From a virus, in UHGV virus genome UHGV-1370141: a stretch of DNA of 64,000 bases. The stretch is one strand, 5' to 3'. Under the pieces are notes generated by a model. That model was not told the DNA's origin. It worked only from the letters and a program-made list of their open reading frames with translations, and ran no database searches. Of this stretch, positions 57,395 through 64,000 are shown one piece after another. The position numbers were made by a program, and so were the translations under genes. The first letter of the stretch is position 1. Each line of letters opens with the position of its first letter.

Positions 57395-59170
57395 TTAACG
57401 GCCAATCTTCGCAATATCTTCTTCGGTTGCTTGGATTAACTCGTCAAGTTTTGGATTACGAACCATCACTAACTGACGGTTAGTTTTCATGTACGGGTTA
57501 AGGACACCCCATTTGAACGGGGACGATTTCGGAATGTAATAAACGTTACCGCACTCCAGATGCGATGCAGAAGCGTGTTTCGTACGGTCGTTAAGGTTAA
57601 CCGTTTTACCGCCTTTGCTGTTACGTTTAGATTCCGTTTCAGTTTGACTAATCGCGTGTGTGGATACTCCTAACACCATGGACTCTGTTGATGCGTTGAA
57701 ATAACTTACACCGCCGTTACCAGTGATATTACGCAACACCAGACTCGTGACAATTTCTTTATTGAGTGCGCTACGAATCATATTCGCGCAGGATTCTGGC
57801 GAACGATTCTCCGTTTGTCCCAGATGGAAACGAATAGCCGCTACCGTTGGTGTAAACCCACGGTCACCTAACAGTAAGTAGTCAGTCACGGTTAAACGTT
57901 TTCCGTACATCGACGGAATGTCACCCTGTTTAGTCAAACGGGTACGTACCATCAGTTTCGTTGCATACCAGAAGAAATCAAACATATCCATGTCGTCTGG
58001 AATGTCAGGATCGGTCATCTTCAGTTCTGCACGGAACGTTGAGTTAACGTAGCGATCGCATTCGGTATAATGTTTCGCCATACTGTGTGCTAACTCAATA
58101 TCGGAAGGTTTTAGTCCTACGATACTTCTTCCCAGAATCTCACGCCAAATCGGAGCAGAGTTCAGGTTAGCAATATCGTCTTCCATCGCTAACTCGTTAA
58201 TTGCAGTAAACAGCGGCGGGAGCGGCGTGACGTTACCGTTCTTAATGGATTGTTTACTGCAATAGTAGTGAGCGGCTTTGAAGAACGCAGCAATTGCGGC
58301 CAGCAACAAATGCTCGTTTTGATCCCAACCAACTTTATCCACGTTCGGCAATGCTTCTGCGGGTACGACAACCGCGTACATTATCGAACGGTTATATTTC
58401 GATTCACCGGAACTGATTACAACTTTCTCGTTGAGATCGAGTTCTGGGATCTTAAACGATGGATAAATTTCTACGTCAACACCAGTATAGCGTTTAATCG
58501 CTTCTTTAAATCCATAACGTCCGAACAACCAATACATTAACGGTTTCTCGTCGGTATCAGGATGTGTTGCGTTCTTCGCTTTGAACAGGTTTTTGGTTCC
58601 TGGTAAGAATAGCTCCTCTTTTTTACCGTTGACTAACACACGGACAGGTTGCTTACAGAATTTCAACGAGGCTTTACGTTTAAAGTCAAAGTTAACAAAT
58701 ACCCCACCGTGTTCGCGACAGATACCTGGCTGGTGAATAACCGGTGCAACATGATACGTCGTACCGTAATAGTTCATTAAACCACCACGACGGATAAAGG
58801 GTAAGTTAATCGGTCTTGAGATCGGTCGAGAATCTCCTGGAATACGGAATGTTGACATGACCATATACGCATCGGTATTCGCAATGGACATCACACCACG
58901 ACGTCTATCCATTCTGCTGCTCTCAGAACGAGACAGCTTATAGATGAACGTTTCAAACGGTGACATTAACCGTACACCTAATACAGCCAGCCCTTCAGGA
59001 ACACGCGGATTATCAACAGGATGATAATCCAGCTCACGTTTCAAGATAATCTGAACACGCTCGTGTATACCGTCTTTGGCCTGTGTATAACCGACACCTT
59101 CCGCAATCGCTCGGTTAAAGGGTACTATTTTGCCATCCTCTTTAAGCTTTCTGATTGCATCTTTAAACAC
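57395..59170 (-). CDS. hypothetical virion-region protein (591 aa)
   Basis: Long ORF. Confidence 0.6.
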   Translation of the reverse strand: MFKDAIRKLKEDGKIVPFNRAIAEGVGYTQAKDGIHERVQIILKRELDYHPVDNPRVPEGLAVLGVRLMSPFETFIYKLSRSESSRMDRRRGVMSIANTDAYMVMSTFRIPGDSRPISRPINLPFIRRGGLMNYYGTTYHVAPVIHQPGICREHGGVFVNFDFKRKASLKFCKQPVRVLVNGKKEELFLPGTKNLFKAKNATHPDTDEKPLMYWLFGRYGFKEAIKRYTGVDVEIYPSFKIPELDLNEKVVISSGESKYNRSIMYAVVVPAEALPNVDKVGWDQNEHLLLAAIAAFFKAAHYYCSKQSIKNGNVTPLPPLFTAINELAMEDDIANLNSAPIWREILGRSIVGLKPSDIELAHSMAKHYTECDRYVNSTFRAELKMTDPDIPDDMDMFDFFWYATKLMVRTRLTKQGDIPSMYGKRLTVTDYLLLGDRGFTPTVAAIRFHLGQTENRSPESCANMIRSALNKEIVTSLVLRNITGNGGVSYFNASTESMVLGVSTHAISQTETESKRNSKGGKTVNLNDRTKHASASHLECGNVYYIPKSSPFKWGVLNPYMKTNRQLVMVRNPKLDELIQATEEDIAKIGR

Positions 59171-59180
59171 GCCACGCTCC

Positions 59181-60191
59181 TTATTTTAGCATCCCTATAA
59201 ATGCGACACCCGCCGCCAGATACGCAGGGACTGATTTAAATAGGTCTGACCCATCTTTACGAATGTAAGAACGAGTCTCGTAGAATTCTTTTCGTGCCTC
59301 TGCCCGAGACTTTGCTTCTAGTTCTTGTTGTTTATACGCTAGAGTCAAACGCTCCTTTTCCAAAGCCAAATTCTGTAGTTGTTTTTTGTGTTCTATTTCC
59401 AGTTTGTCTTTTGCCGAATCCAAACTTTCTAATTTTTCTCTGTATTGACTTTCCAGCTTTTCCTTTATCTCGTGAATATCCGGTAACGTTTCTTGCCATC
59501 GAAACGCAGTGGCTGTTTCTTTATCTTTAAAAACACGGAACGGTGACAATAAGTCATCGAACTCGAAGTGAATCATCCTGCTCCCTTCTACTTTGTCTCC
59601 ACCTCCGATTACCATATACACACCCGGTTCGTAATACCGTGATAGTACCGGTTGTACTTCCATGCGCGTTCCGTAGAATCTAATCCAACGATATAGTTCG
59701 GGATCGTCGTAACGCTGCACAACAATAACACCTAATGTAAATTCAGTTCTCTCACCTCCTGGTCTTACGCTCGGTGGCGTACTTTCTAATCGAACTGGTG
59801 TAATTGAAAATGCGAATCCTAGCTGCTTCAATACAACCAAGTCCCCACGTAATAAAGCACCGATATCGTCAACCACGTATCGGAGTGTGACCTCTCCTTT
59901 CTCCTTTAAATCTGCACAAAATTTAGTGAATTGTTTTTCTGGTAAGACTTCTGCAAACCCGTTCAGGTTAGCCAGATTTCCGAACGATTGATACGTTACA
60001 TAAACAACAACCCCATGCTCATCAGCCGGGCTTTTGGACGGAGTTAAAATAAAGCTACCGCCACTGGTTTCAGTGACGTAAATTGGCACACCAGTATTAT
60101 TCTCAAAAGTGATGAGTTTTTGTAGTCCTGACTTTTGATACAACGAACGGTCAGTAATACTGGGTACCACATCAATATCAAGACGGTTCAT
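59181..60191 (-). CDS. hypothetical protein with coiled-coil C-terminal region and terminal hydrophobic segment (336 aa)
   Basis: ORF. Confidence 0.55.
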   Translation of the reverse strand: MNRLDIDVVPSITDRSLYQKSGLQKLITFENNTGVPIYVTETSGGSFILTPSKSPADEHGVVVYVTYQSFGNLANLNGFAEVLPEKQFTKFCADLKEKGEVTLRYVVDDIGALLRGDLVVLKQLGFAFSITPVRLESTPPSVRPGGERTEFTLGVIVVQRYDDPELYRWIRFYGTRMEVQPVLSRYYEPGVYMVIGGGDKVEGSRMIHFEFDDLLSPFRVFKDKETATAFRWQETLPDIHEIKEKLESQYREKLESLDSAKDKLEIEHKKQLQNLALEKERLTLAYKQQELEAKSRAEARKEFYETRSYIRKDGSDLFKSVPAYLAAGVAFIGMLK

Positions 60192-60332
60192 GTAGGGGCC
60201 AGATTAAGTTTTAATAATGGTACATATCTTTAGTCTTAAATGTATTTTTTCCATAAAGTCTCCTTTAAACCAACTGACAGTCTCCCTTTGATAATATCTA
60301 TCCAAAAAATAATAGAAAGAAAAAAATAAAAG

Positions 60333-60356
60333 GTCTAAGCCCCGAAGGGCTTAGAC
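60333..60356 (-). terminator. stem-loop terminator after the 761-aa gene
   Basis: gtctaagccc cgaa gggcttagac; A-rich plus-strand flank gives T-run on minus strand. Confidence 0.65.
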
Positions 60357-60371
60357 ACTTTTTATTCGGTA

Positions 60372-62657
60372 TTATTTACCAGCTTTGTCTTTACCGTCGC
60401 CAGCAACATTACCTGCTACACCACCTTCGGTTTGTTTCTGGCCGTTCTGTTCTACAGAAACGTTGTAAGCCAGTTTTTCTTCAACCAGTTTAGTGATGCC
60501 TTTAACCCAAATCAGACCAGTGATCGGGCAGTGGCAGATATGCGCGTTACGCGGCTGTACAGCCAGTTCTTTAGAAGTAGAACTGTTACGCTGGATGTTG
60601 ATGTTGGTAACCATGATCGGAGACCAGAAGTGGTTACCCCAGTTCAGTACGCAGTAGGAACCATCGTCCGCAGTCGGAACTTTCAGGAACCATTGCAGAC
60701 GACGAGTCCAGGAATCGTCAGCTGCGTTGTAGATACGCCAGCGGTCATCGTTGGTGGTAACGACTTCGTATTCATAACGGTCGCCCAGCAGACGTTGGTC
60801 GCCCTGAACCAGCAGCAGCATGGATGCAGTCGGTTCGTCAGTTGCGATAATAACTTTCGGCAGAATGTCCGGATCAGCGGTCAGCAGGCGCAGTGCAGGA
60901 ATGAAACGAGAATCCTGGATAGCCTGAGTTACCTGGCTACCGATACGCTGCAACAGACCCTGACGAGCGTTGATCAGCGCTTCTTTGGTATCCAGAGACT
61001 GAACAACTTCATCGACTTTGTAGTCAGACTCTTTGAACCACGGAGCAACCCAGTGACGGCCCAGACCACGGATAGCCGGTTTGTCCCACGGAGTGATCAT
61101 CGCAGCGGCTGCGTTACGTACTGCTTCGGTGTAAGACAGCGTCTGAGTAATAGCCAGCTGTTCGTTACGGATGTTCACCGCAGAGATCAGGTCGTCCAGA
61201 CGTTCAGTGTCGTCGTATTCAACACCAACCGGAGACTTGGTCAGAATCGGAGAACCGTATTGCAGTTTGTAGTTTTCCTGTTCCCAAATTGGGTCAAGCA
61301 GCAGACCCTGGGTACGACGGTTTTCGTTGGTACGAGTACCATCGAAGCGCCAGCCCATCAGCTCGAGCTTCAGGCCGTCCAGGATAACTTTACCGGTACC
61401 AGACTTGGTATCAACTTTGTTACCAGTTGCATCGTACAGACCTTCGATTTCCAGTTTGTGGCCGGAAATGTCTACTTTACCACCGAACTGGCCGCTGGTG
61501 AACAGGGACATGGTGATGGTGATAACGTAGCGCAGGGTGTAGGAGTTCTGGCCCAGTGCTTGCAGAGCCGGAATAGCTGCACCAGTCCAGTCGGTAGTTT
61601 TCGCATTCAGAGAGAACGCGGTACGACGGAATTGCAGAACCAGTTCACGGCCGTCACCTTCAGCAGGACGCTGGAAGGTTGCGAACTGCATGTCACGAAC
61701 GTGCAGTTTGATGAATTTACCCGCTTTCGCTTCTTCGGTCGGTTTACGTACAGAAATCAGCAGGCTGCCCAGAGCACAACCCGGTGCGATTTCATCAGTT
61801 TCATCGTAACCTTCCTGAACGATACCCGGATGCGCAGACAGCTGGAACAGGTTCAGCGTGTCGTTTGCAAAGCTCAGGTAGTTAGTCGGATACGGAGGTA
61901 CACGACCCAGGCGAACGGTTTCGTTCGGAACCAGTTCTTCGCTTACGAAGTATTCCTGGTTTTCACCGGTTTCCATTACGTAAGGAACGATGTTGATCGC
62001 TTCGTCCTGGAGAACGGTGTGGTCAGTCAGTGCGTTGTGCAGCGGACGACGATGGTCTTCAACCACGTCTTTGCTCAGCAGCGCGTTCATGATACCGCGA
62101 GAAACGGTAGTCACTTTAGTACGTACGGTAATACCAACATCGTTGGTGTCAACGGTAATGGTCGGGAACAGCGTTTCAGCAAACTTGGACTGAGTTTCCA
62201 GAGCACGTACGTTCAGGGTCCAGGTCAGGCCCAGGTTTTTGTCGTAGTCTTTGTTGCTGTAGTATTCCTGAGCAACAACCATGCGCTCACGACCCCAGTC
62301 ACCACCTTGCGCACCAGGGATACCAATATCCAGGTTATACTTGCTGTGGAATTCCGGCTTAGCGTATTCCTGGGCAACACGTTCTTGCAGGTCTTTACCG
62401 TGGTTAGCTGCGCCCAGAATCATTGCGGAGGCGACAGTCGCAGCATGAGACATTTTCTTGCCACCAAAAGCGTTGGCATAGTGCTGTGATGCTTCGTCAC
62501 GCAGAGCGCCAAACACTTTTGCGTTGCTACGTACGGACTCGCCTGCAACAATCGTGTTCCACATTTCGCTGGCGGTGTTGTTGCCGATGACGTTTTGGGC
62601 CAGACTAGTACCGGCTTCTACGAGTTTCTCTAAATTAGAGATTCGGGTATCTTTCAT
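60372..62657 (-). CDS. major virion structural protein (761 aa), candidate major capsid protein (or tail sheath)
   Basis: Strong bias to CTG/CGT/GGT/ACC/GAA/AAA codons unlike neighbours, indicating very high expression; own terminator; size fits phiKZ-like major capsid proteins. Confidence 0.65.
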   Translation of the reverse strand: MKDTRISNLEKLVEAGTSLAQNVIGNNTASEMWNTIVAGESVRSNAKVFGALRDEASQHYANAFGGKKMSHAATVASAMILGAANHGKDLQERVAQEYAKPEFHSKYNLDIGIPGAQGGDWGRERMVVAQEYYSNKDYDKNLGLTWTLNVRALETQSKFAETLFPTITVDTNDVGITVRTKVTTVSRGIMNALLSKDVVEDHRRPLHNALTDHTVLQDEAINIVPYVMETGENQEYFVSEELVPNETVRLGRVPPYPTNYLSFANDTLNLFQLSAHPGIVQEGYDETDEIAPGCALGSLLISVRKPTEEAKAGKFIKLHVRDMQFATFQRPAEGDGRELVLQFRRTAFSLNAKTTDWTGAAIPALQALGQNSYTLRYVITITMSLFTSGQFGGKVDISGHKLEIEGLYDATGNKVDTKSGTGKVILDGLKLELMGWRFDGTRTNENRRTQGLLLDPIWEQENYKLQYGSPILTKSPVGVEYDDTERLDDLISAVNIRNEQLAITQTLSYTEAVRNAAAAMITPWDKPAIRGLGRHWVAPWFKESDYKVDEVVQSLDTKEALINARQGLLQRIGSQVTQAIQDSRFIPALRLLTADPDILPKVIIATDEPTASMLLLVQGDQRLLGDRYEYEVVTTNDDRWRIYNAADDSWTRRLQWFLKVPTADDGSYCVLNWGNHFWSPIMVTNINIQRNSSTSKELAVQPRNAHICHCPITGLIWVKGITKLVEEKLAYNVSVEQNGQKQTEGGVAGNVAGDGKDKAGK

Positions 62658-62669
62658 TTGTTTAATACC

Positions 62670-63194
62670 TTAATGAGATAAATGACATGCGTATAATTGC
62701 GTCAGCACTTCGTTAGCGGCAAACTGCGTTGAGGTACTGAAGCAGTCATCCACGACGCGAGTCTTGGTACGCATATATTTAAAAAGTTCTGCGCAGAACA
62801 TCTTTTTCGCAGCGTGGTCTTCACCCGAAGAAAAACCCGAACCGGACTTCGCTTCTGCAAATGACGCCACAATCGTATCACCACGTTGGGTAAAGACCCA
62901 GCGTAAGCGACAAGGAATTGTTTCCCCATATAAATCGTCAAGGGAAACCTTTTCGCCTGATTCGACCAGACGTAACACCTGATCATAATATTTACCTGGA
63001 AGTACAGGCGGAGCCATTAACGCTTTATAAATAGCAGAACGACTTACTTCAGGTATAATGATAGAACTGAAACCATTCGGACAGTCATATAACCAGTTAA
63101 AGAACCCTGCCTGGAGCAATTCTACACTTTTAACGGCAGCGCCTTTATCTATGTTAGGCTGAACTTCCCACGGTGGACTAAAACGAATTTGCAT
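62670..63194 (-). CDS. hypothetical protein (174 aa)
   Basis: ORF; start uncertain. Confidence 0.45.
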   Translation of the reverse strand: MQIRFSPPWEVQPNIDKGAAVKSVELLQAGFFNWLYDCPNGFSSIIIPEVSRSAIYKALMAPPVLPGKYYDQVLRLVESGEKVSLDDLYGETIPCRLRWVFTQRGDTIVASFAEAKSGSGFSSGEDHAAKKMFCAELFKYMRTKTRVVDDCFSTSTQFAANEVLTQLYACHLSH

Positions 63195-63207
63195 TTAAGG
63201 ATGCTCC

Positions 63208-64000
63208 ATGAATAACAAAATGATGTTGATAACCGCATTAGCCACACTATACACTGAAAGTTTGCTGACCGACCCTGAGAAGGATCACGAGGTCATAAGA
63301 AAAGTGCTGTTAGAGGCTAAGCTTCCTGATTACGTAGAGGAAGGTGACGAACGTGCCGCCCTCGTCGAAATCAAGGATATCATCACATCCATCATAGACG
63401 GCGGTATGCCTTACGACCACACAAACGTCATGAAACGCTTGAAGTTGGCCACTACGCAAATACGTCCTCTATACGATACGATTACCAAATTCCTGGAAGA
63501 TGATATTCCAGAAGAACCAGAAGCACGCATCGAGCATCTTAACCGTCAAGTAGCACAATACTACTTCCAATTACGTCAAGCTATTCAAGGCGTACAACTG
63601 AAACAAAAATTAGGTCGTACGTTAGGCGCACTGAACGGAACCGAAACGCGCGTTGATTTACAAACGGCGCTCAACGACCTCAGAGATAGTCTCTCTACGT
63701 TCAGTGAACGCTCTCATAATAAGATTCCCTCACTAGTTGGTGAGCTTATTACGGATAACCGTGCACCATTCGTACATGTCTTCGACTCAATCAGTAAGAA
63801 AGCAGCGGGTAACGGTTTACGTACCGGATGGAAAGCCATTAACCAGATGCTGGGTTGTAACAAAGGGATTACCGAAGAACTTTGGCTAATGCCTGCACTG
63901 CCCTTTAACTGTAAATCGCTTTTTAGTCTGTTGTTGTCTATCAGTATTCCGGTATTCAATACACCTGAAAAAGTAATGGAAAACGTTAAAGGGGATTTGC
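63208..64000 (+). CDS. hypothetical protein, 5' part (3' end beyond window)
   Basis: ATG at 63208 with upstream AAGGA, then 264 codons without stop to window end; not in supplied ORF track because it lacks a stop. Confidence 0.5.
   Translation, partial: MNNKMMLITALATLYTESLLTDPEKDHEVIRKVLLEAKLPDYVEEGDERAALVEIKDIITSIIDGGMPYDHTNVMKRLKLATTQIRPLYDTITKFLEDDIPEEPEARIEHLNRQVAQYYFQLRQAIQGVQLKQKLGRTLGALNGTETRVDLQTALNDLRDSLSTFSERSHNKIPSLVGELITDNRAPFVHVFDSISKKAAGNGLRTGWKAINQMLGCNKGITEELWLMPALPFNCKSLFSLLLSISIPVFNTPEKVMENVKGDL

Noticed and set aside
60432-62489. 685-aa ORF on plus strand
   Set aside because: Antisense shadow of the highly codon-biased 761-aa gene; its translation is low-complexity (rich in V, T, R, F, Q) with no protein-like features
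1-64000. CRISPR array, insertion sequence or integrase/prophage boundary
   Set aside because: No regularly spaced direct repeats, no transposase- or integrase-like ORFs and no attachment-site-like flanking repeats; gene content is consistent with a lytic phage genome throughout

Overview
The window reads as a fragment of a large virulent tailed phage genome of an enterobacterial host (about 85 densely packed genes, no tRNA, CRISPR or IS element seen). Function calls rest on motifs I can read in the translated ORFs; no database search was possible. The layout is: (i) 1-5440, plus strand: a cluster of radical-SAM/SPASM enzymes together with two paralogous cysteine-rich small proteins that look like RiPP precursors, closed by a strong bidirectional terminator. 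This is the most unusual content of the window. (ii) 5.5-17.5 kb, minus strand: small structural paralogs, a plus-strand lipoprotein insert, two lysins (M15 peptidase, GH108 muramidase) and many small hypothetical genes. (iii) 17.6-28.6 kb, minus strand: a receptor-binding module with a 1493-aa tail fibre (T4 gp34-like repeats, C-terminal S74-type chaperone), a 1001-aa spike-like protein, glycine-rich adhesin-like paralogs and a duplicated two-gene cassette. (iv) 28.7-48.7 kb, minus strand: early/DNA-metabolism-type genes (Dam methyltransferase, thymidylate kinase, RuvC-like resolvase, HTH regulator, several GNAT acetyltransferases, an HslV-like protein). (v) 48.7-64 kb: large virion proteins, including a 761-aa protein with host-optimal codon usage. 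A conserved motif containing TATATATTAC followed by a hairpin occurs three times upstream of minus-strand genes; together with the 761-aa structural protein this suggests a phiKZ-like jumbo phage, but that attribution is from memory and tentative.
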